A stretch of 64,000 bases of DNA, taken from contig NW_003314285.1 in NCBI RefSeq assembly GCF_000143415.4, forward strand, positions 207,102-271,101, given 5' to 3'. The stretch comes from Selaginella moellendorffii. Lineage: Eukaryota > Plantae > Lycopodiophyta. The notes under the pieces were generated by a model, which searched no databases, was not told the origin of the DNA, and saw only the letters and a program-made list of their open reading frames with translations. The stretch's first letter is position 1; the number at the start of each line of letters is the position of its first letter. Positions 1 through 10,973 of this stretch are shown in pieces. The translations under genes and the position numbers were made by a program.

Positions 1-22
1 TTTTGATTCAAAAGTGTAGGCA

Positions 23-1894
23 ATGCATCTTCAATTTGGGAGAGACCTTGTTTCTTGGAATATGCTGCTCTCTACTCAGGCAAAGGCTGGAAATATAAAA
101 CAATGTAGGATTATATTTGATAAGATGCCACTGCACGATATCGTGTCGTGGACTACGATGCTCAGCGCATTTGCTAAGAGTGGGCATTTTGTAGAATCAA
201 AGGCCTTTTTTGAGATGATGCCTTGTTGGAGCCTGGCATCCTACAATTCCATGCTTGCTCTTGGAGACTTGCATGAAGTTAAAGATTTTTTCAAATCAAT
301 GCCACAAAGGAATCTCATCTCTTATAACGCATTACTTCACAAATGCTCCCAGAGTGCTAACGCAAACCAAGCAAAATCTCTTCTAGATGCCATGCCCGAA
401 AGAGATTCCGTGTCGTGGACATCCATGATGACAGCATATGCTCGTACAGGGCAAATGTCCAGGGCTGAAGAAACGTTCGCTGCAATGCCGGAGAAGAATC
501 TTGTGTCATGGAATGCTATACTATCTCAATATGCCCAAGTTGGGCATATTTGGGATATAGAGCGCATTTTCGAGGAGATGCCGGCTAGGAATATCATTTC
601 CTGGAACACAGTTCTGGGTGCGTATTCTCAACACGACGTAGAGAAAGGCGCACTTTTTTTTCAGCATATGCCTTATAGAAATGTGGTATCTTGGAACTCA
701 ATGCTTTCGGGATATGCCCACAATGGGCATATCCACCAAACCGTTCGCTTCTTTGAGTGTATACCCGAACTAGACATTGTGTCGGTGACAATATTCCTTC
801 CCGTGTGTGGGAATCTTCCGCAGGCGCGCTCCTTGTTTGAAAAGATCCCCGAGCACAACCTTCCATTGTGCTGCGCGATGCTCTCGGCATATTCCCATTT
901 TGGGCGATTGGATGGAGTGTGGTCATTTTTTTCATCGTTGCCGTGGCAAAACCTGGCCTGCTGGAATGCCGTACTGTCTAGCCACATAAGAAATGGATGC
1001 CCGTACAAAACTATGGAGATTTTTACCACCCAAATGCCAGAACATGATAGTTCATCATCAACTTCAGTGATGTTAGCACATATCCAAACTGGAAACATCG
1101 AAAACGCAAAGTTTGTATTTGACACAATGCCTGAGAGAACACCAGCTGCTTGGAATGCTATGATAGAAGCATTCTTTTCAATTGGGGATATTTCCTCCGC
1201 TACAAAGATGTTTTCCTCAATGCCGCACAGGAGCCCAAGCAGCTGGAACACAGTGCTATCTGCTTATGCCCAAGCCGGGCATATTGATATTGCTAAAGGG
1301 ATTTTTGCGTCAACTCCACACCGCAATGTTGTTTCATGGACTTCAATGATAGCTGCAAATGCCCAAGTCGGGGATCTTGTCGAAGTGAGAAAACTGTTCG
1401 AGTCAATGCCAGAAGGGGATCCAGTAGCATGGAGCTCTATTCTTTCGGCATATGCCCAGAGAGGGGAATCTCTAGCAACCATTGCCACCTTCACAAATAT
1501 GAAACTTTTCGACATGCCAGATAAAAATTGTTTCTTGGCAGCTTTGCTCGCTTGCACCCACGAAGGTAGAGTCGAGTCCGCGAAAGAATACTTTGTTGGC
1601 ATGGCTGTGGACTTTGGCGTGGATCCAGGGATGGAGCACTACTGCTGCCTTGTTGATGTCTTGGCTAGAGCTGGACAGCTTGGGAGCGCGCTGGAGCTTG
1701 CCGCGAGCATGCCTTTCGAGGCTGGAGCTTGGCAGTGGAGAAAGCTACTGGCAGCTTGTAGAAGCTTTGGCGATGTCGGCTATGGCATTCAAGCAGCCAA
1801 GTACTTTCTTTCGTCTAGGCCGCGAGACTCAACAGCTTATGTGTTTCTTTCGAGCCTTGTGAACGATCCAATTCAGTCCAAGGTTTCGATCTGA
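23..1894 (+). CDS. PLS-class pentatricopeptide repeat protein with E extension and no DYW domain
   Basis: Intronless 623-aa ORF of tandem ~31-aa repeats (MP.RN.VSWN.ML.AYA..G). It ends with ACTHEG...EHYCCLVDVLARAG...W..LL.AC (L2-S2-E1/E2 signature). The true start may lie upstream of the window. Confidence 0.93.
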   Translation: MHLQFGRDLVSWNMLLSTQAKAGNIKQCRIIFDKMPLHDIVSWTTMLSAFAKSGHFVESKAFFEMMPCWSLASYNSMLALGDLHEVKDFFKSMPQRNLISYNALLHKCSQSANANQAKSLLDAMPERDSVSWTSMMTAYARTGQMSRAEETFAAMPEKNLVSWNAILSQYAQVGHIWDIERIFEEMPARNIISWNTVLGAYSQHDVEKGALFFQHMPYRNVVSWNSMLSGYAHNGHIHQTVRFFECIPELDIVSVTIFLPVCGNLPQARSLFEKIPEHNLPLCCAMLSAYSHFGRLDGVWSFFSSLPWQNLACWNAVLSSHIRNGCPYKTMEIFTTQMPEHDSSSSTSVMLAHIQTGNIENAKFVFDTMPERTPAAWNAMIEAFFSIGDISSATKMFSSMPHRSPSSWNTVLSAYAQAGHIDIAKGIFASTPHRNVVSWTSMIAANAQVGDLVEVRKLFESMPEGDPVAWSSILSAYAQRGESLATIATFTNMKLFDMPDKNCFLAALLACTHEGRVESAKEYFVGMAVDFGVDPGMEHYCCLVDVLARAGQLGSALELAASMPFEAGAWQWRKLLAACRSFGDVGYGIQAAKYFLSSRPRDSTAYVFLSSLVNDPIQSKVSI

Positions 1895-2019
1895 TGCAAC
1901 AATCTTCTCAGCTGGAAACACTCCTCAATTCTTTCAGTTTGTTAAGACAAAAGGAAATAAGAAACACTGGATAGCTTGGACCTTACTGATCTCCGAGAAC
2001 GAGATCTTCCACCTTTCTC

Positions 2020-3478
2020 TTACGAAGGAAGGTGGCGGCTGAGCAATCCCTCAAATGACATGTACAGGTCTTTATTTCCAGGTCCAAATATGTTATCTGC
2101 CTTTCGCAATGTTTCCTGCGAAGCACTAGCGCGTTAAGAAACGCAGAAGCGTGATTTTGGAGAAGTTTTACCTCTCGTGTCTGCCTGTGAGCATTTAGCT
2201 CTTTAATGTTAGCAAGGAAAGCGCTGAACTGTTCATATGACAGTCGGTTCCTGGGGAGCACGCGTTTGAGACTCTGAACATCGGATTAACAACAATAAAC
2301 ACAAACCTGGCTTGGCGGAAAAACTCTTTCCCATCAACCTTCGGAGTGCGAACTACAAAAGCATTTAAATGTTAGTAACAGCCAGCCAGAATGCGTGTGA
2401 GCATAATACCTGGTAGAGCACCAACATGTGGAGGAGAACTCGGAGCTGTCGTGGCTTGACTAGCAGGAAGAGAGAGTGAAAATGAGCTCCGAATTCCGTT
2501 CGAAGGATGATGCCTTCTGGGAGAAGTAGCCGTGGACTGTCTTCTGGGAGAGCCAGTGGGAGTAAGTTTTGGAGTAAGACTTGGTGTCATCGAAAGAAAC
2601 TTCTGCTTGGAACCTGCTGTAACCAGAAAAGCAACTTAGTAAAAAAACAACAAGCTTTACAGAATGAAAAAATCTTTGTTACCATCTTCGGGATCCTCTA
2701 CAATAGCGTTTGAGGCTTCTACTAGTTGCGCCCTTGTAAATGGTCGACCATCTGGAAGAAAGAAAACTTGCACTATCATCCCGTACGAATGGTAGCGTAA
2801 AAAAGTAACAATTCACAATCGGTTTACCATGGGACGGAAGTGCATGAGAACTCATGTTAGATCGGAGGAGATGCTTGTCTCCATTCTCTAACTGCACCAC
2901 ACAATTGAAGTAGCTCGATCGGTCAAGCATAACGAGGAACACTTGAAAAACTTACAGTGGAAGAATTTTCATCCTCTTCTTGGAGAGATTGCATCAGTGT
3001 GCGTTTGAAAGTCTCCAGCTACGTAAGAAAAGCAAGAAATCAAGGCTATAAAGAGGGAAAAAGAAAGAGTTAAGTACCTTAGCAACGTCACGATTCAGCT
3101 TCTTAACAGTCGCCATAAGTGCGTTCTTCTCGTTTGCCATTTTGGCCTGGAAAAAGTAATATTTTTTTGAGAGGTCGCATTTGCCAATGCACTGTGAAAA
3201 AGAAATTCCCAAACCTGTTCTTCCAACGCATGGCCGAGGCGAGCGTTTGTCTCTTGCAAGGATCGCTCGGCTTCCACAAGCCGCTCCTGGAGCTCATAGA
3301 TCGTTCTTTCCCTCTCCAAAATCTTCTGAGAAGCCTTCTTCTCCTCTGCCTCTAGCTTTCCTACTCTAGCCACAATTGCCATGGCTGTGATCCGCCTCGC
3401 CACATCCAGCTGCTCGTAAGGATCGTCGGGTAGCACCGAGCATATTGATTCCGGGAGATCAAAATCGGCATTTCCCAT
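2020..3478 (-). CDS. At4g15545-like (NAI2-interacting protein family) coiled-coil protein, multi-exon
   Basis: N-terminus MGNADFDLPESICSVLPDDPYEQLDVARRITAMAIVARVGKLEAE. C-terminal domain DGKEFFRQA-RNRLSYEQFSAFLANIKELNAHRQTRE-ETLRKADNIFG...RHLPS*. GT-AG introns. Confidence 0.85.
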
Positions 3479-4101
3479 TTTCGACTGGCCAACGATCATC
3501 CTCCAGCTAAAAAACCCTCACACCGAGAACTCGCGAGACGGACCTGATATCATCCTCCAAGATTTGCGCGCTGCTGCTGGGGCGATCGGGGGCACAGCGA
3601 GGAGCGAAAGAATCGAAAGCGCGAAAAGGAGCGCCTAGATCAAACCCGAGCTCAAGAGCCCTAGCAATGCAGGGAGGACGATGGCCAGCCGTCCGATAGG
3701 CATATCGGACGGCACTATAAAGGCGGGGATTACGCTCAAAAGCGCATGAGCCGTCCGATAGGCATATCGGACGGCACTATAAAGGCGGGGATTACGCTCA
3801 AAAGCGCATGAGCCGTCCGATAGGAAATGGATGGTTCGAGATGGCCGCATTAAATTCTAGTGGTGGAGCGGTGTCGTAATGTGGGCCGTTGGATGGAATC
3901 CAGAATTTCCCGCCTTGCCTGCCCTTTCAATCTCCAGAGATTAGGGTTTTTGGTATTGCGGGCTCTCTCCTCTCTCGCGACCGCGGCGCGGCGGTGGACT
4001 GATGGTGCGGCGTGGGGCTTCGCGAATCTTGATCGAAGCTGCTACGTTTGATGCTGTATGGGAGGTAAAATTTGAGTGTAGTTCTCTTTGCGGCGGAAAT
4101 C
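3479..4101. promoter_or_regulatory. Divergent promoter region between At4g15545-like and VAP27-like genes
   Basis: The genes are head-to-head. Motifs include a telo-box (TAGGGTTT ~3942), site II-like TGGGCC (~3882) and MSA-like CCGTTGGA (~3886). Confidence 0.55.
3687..3824. repeat. Perfect 62-bp tandem repeat (2.2 copies), each full unit containing an 11-bp inverted repeat
   Basis: Units start at 3687, 3749 and 3811. Each full unit has GCCGTCCGATA-ggca-TATCGGACGGC and a CTATAAA. Confidence 0.95.
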
Positions 4102-5047
4102 ATGCCAGAGCTTATCACAGTCCAACCCAGTGAATTGGTTTTTCGATGTAAGTGGCTCCGATCTCACTTGCAGCTTCGAATTGACTTGTTTTTCTATTTT
4201 TTTTCTTTTGTCTCCTCCTTTCAGTTGAGTTGAAAAAGCAGCTTTCATGCTCGATTCGGCTCAACAATGTGGGCGACGAATTTGTGGCGTTTAAGGTCTT
4301 TCTATCTTTTTCTTCTTGAGTTTAAAACCACCGCATCGAACTTGGATAGAATTTGTGACAGGTAAAAACCACTGCTCCAAAACGGTATTGCGTGCGTCCG
4401 AATGCTGGTGTCATACAGCCTCGGGGTACCTGCGATGTTGCCTGTAAGAAGCTAAGCTATGGTTTTTTTTTTTCTATTAAGTTGGTAAAAGTTTTGGTCT
4501 CTTGGTTTTGATACTCCAGTCACTATGCAAGCTCAACGAGAAGCTCCGGCGGATTTTCAATGCAAGGACAAGTTTATGATACTAAGTGTTGTTGCAACAG
4601 AGCAAACAACAGTAGACGACATCCAGTCGAAAATGGTATTGGCATTCAATTTCTCATTTGTGCTAAAAGGTTCTCTACAGTTTACCAAAGAAGATAGCCA
4701 AGGCATCTGCGATATCAAGTTAAAGGTGGTCTATCTTCCTGGTGATTCTGCTCCATCTCCCGCGGCTTCCAAAGAGCCATTAGCAGGGAAACAAGCGCAA
4801 CAGGATCAGGTATTTCTTTTCCAAGTTTCTCGGATTGTAAAGTCTGTTATATGTTTATTCTTTCTAGAGAAAATTGGATCCAAGAAGTCCTGCAAGCAAA
4901 GGATCAACAAGTGGTCGCACTTCGAGTGCACTGAGCTCGTCCAGAGTGCGCTTGTCGATCGTTTTGTTGATTGCAGTGGCTTTAATAGGTGTTTTGGTCG
5001 CGTACGCTATGAACAACAACAACAACAACAACTATTACAACTTTTAG
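4102..5047 (+). CDS. VAP27-like vesicle-associated protein (MSP domain plus C-terminal transmembrane anchor), multi-exon
   Basis: MPELITVQPSELVF..ELKKQLSCSIRL...VAFK-VKTTAPKRYCVRPN...TMQAQREAPADFQCKDKF. The final exon encodes hydrophobic LSIVLLIAVALIGVLVAYAM followed by poly-N and TAG at 5045-5047. Confidence 0.9.
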
Positions 5048-5428
5048 AAAAACTGCTGTTTCCTGGAGGCAAGTAAAACTGTGGTGTTCATTTTATGATT
5101 TGCCTCAGACAAAACGATAAACCATTTGATTGCAGGGCGGCAAGTTCGTACGCACTCTTTTTCCTTTCCCGGTTCGTAGAATTTAGGACGCTTTAGCTCA
5201 GATAGGTACGTACGCTTTGTAGATGTCGTGAATTATCAAGAGAGATTATTTTTTTATTTCGATCCCATTTACCGTTCACTTTTCTTTTTATCCTGGGAGC
5301 TGTGCAGGCAGATCGTGTCCAACAAGCTGAAACGCTGGGTAATTACTTGTGGTTTTACAAGAAGAAAGATTTTTGACAAGCGGTTTTTTCCAGGTCCCAG
5401 ATTGCCTAGTGGACCCGCTTAGCCGTAC

Positions 5429-5911
5429 GCTTCGACAGGCATATGCATGAACAGAGGTTTTGACGCATTGGCACTTGAAGAATGATTACGCTGATGATCC
5501 AACTTCTTAGGAGTGAGTATGTTTCTGGTCAGATGTGATTTTCGGTACTTATAAAGCATTGTAGAGCTGCAATTCACCGGTTGGAGCTTGCCAACGAGGT
5601 ACCCGCATTCCTTTTCATTTGATCTATGCAAGTTTAAATGCCATTCTTCAAGAATTATTCAAGCTTTTCAAAGGTTATGTTCGCTCCTGACCATCGTGTA
5701 TAATTTTTACTCGAATTTTGTCGACCGACGAAGCTTTCACTCTCAGGTAACATCTGGCATTTTCGTGCAGACTGAAGGTGAATTCCGTTTTAGGTGGCCA
5801 TCTTGCGGATTGATGGAGCAAGCAATGCAGCAGCCGTCTCCTTCCATCTGTCTATCAAAGCGATCGAAAGACTTTCGCTACGTGTAAAACGACGGCACAG
5901 GAAGAGTAAGC
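5429..5911 (+). pseudogene. Decayed partial duplicate of the 3' part of the neighbouring PH-RhoGAP gene
   Basis: Colinear similarity blocks to about 9219-9960, including intron sequence. Examples: ttgtagagctgcaattcaccggttggagctt vs ttgtagagcggcaattcaacggctggagctt; aaatgccattcttcaag vs aaatgcaattcttcaag. Confidence 0.75.
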
Positions 5912-6974
5912 TTAAGTTCTTAGTGGTGAAGCTTCTCTTTTTTCACGGTCGGTGACCACTATTGCAAAGGAAATCCTGGTACACAATTTTAATTCTCTCT
6001 TGCTTTGTCGGCACCTAAAGCTTTCAACTCTTTTTCCTTCCTCTAGAGAGCAAAGGAGAAGGGCAATGCAATGCAAGAGAAAAGCCGAAAAGCTCTTCAA
6101 GCAAAGGATCCACGACTTCTCTTCAAGCGTCTCTCTCTCTCTCTTTTCGGTGAGTGTTCCTTTTGGTGGGTATCACTGTCGTCGTTCATGATAAACAAAC
6201 GCAGGAAGGAACTTTTGCTACTCAAAACAATGAGAACATAGCGAAGGTTAATGGAATGGAAAGATTTGTAGACCTTGTCAATTGGTGGGTGATTGCGACT
6301 AGCTACCACTTTGCGGATGGAGCCAGGCTATTCAATTGATCCTTTCAATTCGTGGATGAAGAGAAGAAACTTCAATAGTTTAGAACTGATGGGTTGATTA
6401 TATGGTTTTAACATGTCATGACGGAGTGGCACCGCCCGCCGTCGATCCTCGCCAAACCAACGAGCGAGAGCTCGCCACGTAAGCTCTCGTTTTATTTCAA
6501 CGGGTGCGCCGAACGTGTGAGGCTCTATCCAACGATCTAGCGCTTGCCACGTCGGACTCTTTCGGCCTGGCCGTGGAAGACGAGCACTGTTTGCCCGGGG
6601 AGTGGTGTTTGGCCTCTTGTTCCAGTAGGGCGCAGGGCGCGCAGCGTCTGGAGGAAGACAGGGCGTGGAGGAGCTGCGGCTATGGCGATCTAGTCCTGTT
6701 GCGGCGAGATTCTTGTTGCTAGGCCCTCGGATCCTCGGATTCTCGCGGCTGGAGCTGGAATCCGTGGAATTCTGGCTTGGATTTCGTAGGATTGGGCCGG
6801 GGCGGCGCGGGCGAGATAAGATGTGGTCCAGCAGGGATTTCTCGCGGCGTGGTAGGGTTTGGAATCGGGCAATGCAGGTGAAATATCGTCACGGGAAGTA
6901 GAATTCGCGAGCAAGACTCTTCGATTCGTCCGGTCATGAGACGCGGTTTTGGAGTAGCAGCATTCTAGCAAGCA

Positions 6975-9900
6975 ATGGTGACGCCATTCGAGCGGCCACG
7001 AACTCGGTCAAACGCTGTAAGTTTCTTGATGGATTGCTACTTTGTGGATGCGTTTTATGTTTGGTGTGCTTTGCCAGGTCTTCAAGAGTGGCCCGCTGTT
7101 GATTTCTTCCAAAGGTAGTCGAAGCGATGATTTCTTTCTCTATCTTAGCTCGTTTCCTCCGTTTCTTTTCACAGGTTTGGGATGGAAGTCATGGAAACGA
7201 CGGTGGTTCATACTTACGAGGACGTCACTAGTCTTTTTCAAGGACGATCCGGTAATGCTACTGGTCCACTGATGCGCAGACTTACTCAGTCTTGCATACT
7301 TTTCTTCCCGAGCAGAACGTTCTTCCGCTACGAGGAAGCGAAGCAAGCATGACGTTGGGTGGAATCGATCTCAATAATTCCGGGAGGTACGTATCTTCAA
7401 ATTAAAGAAAGTTTGTCCTTGCTAAATGCGATTCGTTCTCTTTTCTGTTAGTGTTCTTGTTCGTGCCGATAAAAAGTTGCTCACTGTAATGTTCCCTGAT
7501 GGCCGAACTGTTACCCTCAAGGTGCGTCATTTACGTTCGTAGAGGAATCTTGATGTATAGTGTATCTGTTTCTGAACTTCCGTAACCAACAGGCCGAGAC
7601 ATCGGAGGATGTCGAAGAATGGAAGGTAGCCCTCGAGCGAGCGCTTGCTGCAGCCCCTAATGCCGCATTGGTAGTGGGGCACGATGGGATTTTTCGCAAC
7701 GACTCTATTGATGTGATTGAAACATCGACTGAATTAGGTGCCTGTAGGAATTTTAGTTTTCCAGCGAGCTGCTGACTTGACATTTTCTTTTTCTTTTTTT
7801 TTTCTGGTAGGGAAAGACAGAAGATCCGTCAAGTCAATGGTTGTCGGTAGACCAATTTTACTTGCTTTGGAAGACATTGACGGTAGTCCATCGTTCCTGG
7901 AGAAGGCTTTGTGCTTCATTGAGCGTTATGGTACGGTGATAATTTTATCCTTGTGCTGTTCTCTTAGGTGCTGCAATTTGGCAGGAGTCAAAGCGGAGGG
8001 AATTTTACGTCAGTGTGCGGATGTGGAAGAGGTGGAGCATCGTATTCGCGACTATGAACAAGGTATAGGTTCCTTTTTCTGTGAACACGTGATCTACGTT
8101 CTATCACCATGACAGGAAAAACTAGCTTCTCACCAGACGAAGACGCTCATGTTGTGAGTGACTGCATAAAGGTAATGAGAATTACGTTGATAAAATCAGT
8201 CTTAAAGAGTTCCTTGCAGCTTGTACTTAGGGAGCTCCCTTCCTCTCCCGTGCCGACTCCTTGCTGCACCGCACTTCTTGAAGCTTATAGGCTTGAAAGC
8301 AAAGAAGCTCGCATTACGTCAATGCGGTTAGCAGTTGCTGACACGTTTCCCGAGCCTAATCGTCGGCTTCTGCAAAGGTACTTTTCTTTGTTGTACTCCA
8401 TTTTTGTTTTTCTTTTTAATACAATGGGAATATGGCAGAGTCTTAAGAATGGGTCGGGCTATCGCCGCACATACTTCAGACAACCTGATGACGGCTTCAG
8501 CGGTTGCTACTTGTATGGCACCTTTGCTTCTTAGACCCCTTATAGCTGGCGAATGCGGTCTAGAGGATGATTCGGACATAAGCGGTGACCATGCTGCACA
8601 GGTCCACGCCGCTGCAGTTGCTGCTAACAATGCCCAAGCTATCGTGACAACATTACTGGAAGAGTATGACAATATTTTTGAGGTTTGTCTCGATACCAAA
8701 ATTAAAATTATAGAAAATCAAATCAAAATTATTAACGTATACTTTTAACAGGATAATGATCAACAGGGGCCTCCCTCGCCCGAGATGTATCCTAACCTGG
8801 AAGGCAGCGAGAGCGGAGAGTCATCCGAAGAAGAAGTTCTACAAATGCACGAGACCGATGGCTATCACGACGCAGAGAATGACTTGGATGCTCAACCGGA
8901 CGAGGATCCAGAACGTGTTCATAGTGGCGCTCTTAGCGAGACTAGTAGCAATGCTGGTAGTGATACGTTCGACTACAAGGTATTACTGATTTTATTTAGT
9001 GAGAACTCCCTTCACAATCAATTTTCTATGTCCAGGCTTATGACGGTAAAGAGATGGAGAAGGATGCTTTTGGAGGGAAGCCACTGAAAGGGTGGTCCAA
9101 ACCCATTCATCTGAGAAATGAGAACAGAAATGAGGTGCTTTGGGAAGATAGTGGACGTCCTGCGACAACACCGAAACTCGATCTTTTAAGCGCTCGTAAG
9201 CCCTCCTCCAAGCTGCATGCTTCGACATCTGGCAGCCAGGTATATGCATGGACAAAGGTTTAAAATTTAATGACACAACGAGATTTCAGGCTAGCTCCAG
9301 AAATGAACCTGTTGATGGCTCTGCTGATGAGGAGTAAGTTGCTGAGATATGGTTTGCGGTACTTACTGTGTATTGTAGAGCGGCAATTCAACGGCTGGAG
9401 CTTACTCGAAGCGAGCTTCGGGCTAAGATTGCTAAGGAGGTACTCGCGTTCTTGCATGTTATTGTACTGATATGTGCAAGCTTAGGCTAAAGGAAATGCA
9501 ATTCTTCAAGCGAGTTTGGAAAGACGAAAGCAAGCACTTCATGATCGCCGGCTCGCTCTTGAACAAGACGTATGCTCGTGCTATTTTCCTTTCCTTTTTT
9601 ATGAGATTTTGACTTCAAATTGTAAACACCAGGTAGCAAAGCTTCAAGAACAGCTGCGAGTCGAACGAGAACTACGAACTGCTTTGGAATCCGGGTTCAG
9701 CCTTTCAACTGGAGGAAGTATGGACTCCCAGGTAAGAACTGTGTAGCAGTAGCACTTTTGTAACGAGAGCTTGCAATGCCTGCAGACTAGAGCTGAATTG
9801 GAAGAGATCGCAGTCGTTGAAGCAGACGTTGCAGAGCTGAAGAAGAAGGTTGCTGAACTACACATACAGCTTAATCAGCAGCGTCAACAGCAAGTAAGCT

Positions 9901-10623
9901 TGATGCCGGATACCTCTGAGCGCCAGCAGCGCTATAAAAGTCTCCAATCTCAGCAGTAAGAGCAAAGAAACCGCCTGACTGAAAGCTCATTTTATTTCCT
10001 GTTTTTCTGCGCTCTTGCAGGAAGATATTGCAGCAAGAGTTGGACGTGACTCTAGCTTTGTGCCACCACGAAAGGCAACGGAACGACGAGGTAAATGTTT
10101 CCAGCCAGTGATCAAGCACTAATGCCACCTTTTTTTCCCTCTAGCTCGAGAGTCAAACAGATCAAGATGCTTCGTCCCTCGAGCACGTCCTGACGCAGCA
10201 ACGCAATGCACTGCTCGAAGCAAAGGTTGGTCTCGTTGCTACATCTCCTTACCACTTTCTTATCGCTTCGCGCATTGCCAGGAGGCTTTGAAGGCCGAGA
10301 GAGTTAGAGGCCATGATCTCCGGAGGCGGACTATTCAGCAAGAGAACTGGCAAGCGCTACAACCTCCCTCGGGGCCTTCAGCGAGGCAATTCGCGTGGAA
10401 AAACCAGAACGAGATGGCAGCAGCAGCAGCGGCAGCGGCAGTAGCAGCTCAGCGCCATGCTCCGAGCCCGCTGGCCGAGCTCACGACACGCCTGGACTAC
10501 TTCAAGGAGAGACGATCACATCTCTTGGAGGAGCTCCATAGCCTGGATCCATCGCTGGCTGTGCCTCTCCGTCCGAGCGACAGCGCAGCATTGCCACCGG
10601 CCGCCCCAGTGCTGAGCCCCTGA
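6975..10623 (+). CDS. PH-domain RhoGAP (REN1/ROPGAP7-like) with C-terminal coiled coil, about 20 exons
   Basis: MVTPFERPR..VFKSGPLLISSKG-LGWKSWKRRWFILTRTSLVFFKDDP (PH). LALEDIDGSPSFLEKAL..GVKAEGILRQ..LRELPSSPVP (RhoGAP). AKGNAILQASLERRKQALHDRRLALEQDV and LAELTTRLDYFKERRS (C-terminal coiled coil). Confidence 0.93.
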
Positions 10624-10779
10624 TTCGAAGTTCTTTTTGGAGCTCCCATTTTTGTTCTTGACATCAGGAGCTGATTGATACGACGCCTGGTTTGTTGCTT
10701 TCACTCTCTCTCTCTTTCTCTTGATGTGCTTAGCTTGTAAACATTTAGTCTGTCTTCACATATACTGATCTTGTAATGC

Positions 10780-10924
10780 AATATACCACAAATGTGAATA
10801 TTCTTGGATATACCAGAAATGTGTCTTAAAATATGCCAAAAATGTGAATCTTCTTGAAAAGGATCCTTGAATATACTAGAAATGTGATTTTTTTTTAATA
10901 TGCCAGGCATGTGAATATTCGTTG
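10780..10924. repeat. Five degenerate ~25-40 bp tandem units carrying four GNATATNC motifs and one perfect heat-shock element
   Basis: Core ATAT(A/G)C(C/T)A...ATGTG occurs five times. GAATATTC at 10796, GGATATAC at 10806, GAATATAC at 10869, GAATATTC at 10913. GAAtcTTCttGAA at 10846-10858. Confidence 0.8.
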
Positions 10925-10973
10925 ATGCTTTGGTAAACCCCAATGGAGTTTTTCCATTTGCCCTAAGCTGGAG

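Noticed and set aside
3687-3824. CRISPR-like array (palindromic repeat plus ~36-nt spacer)
   Set aside because: The spacers are identical, there are only 2.2 units, no cas genes are present and the context is eukaryotic. It is a tandem duplication.
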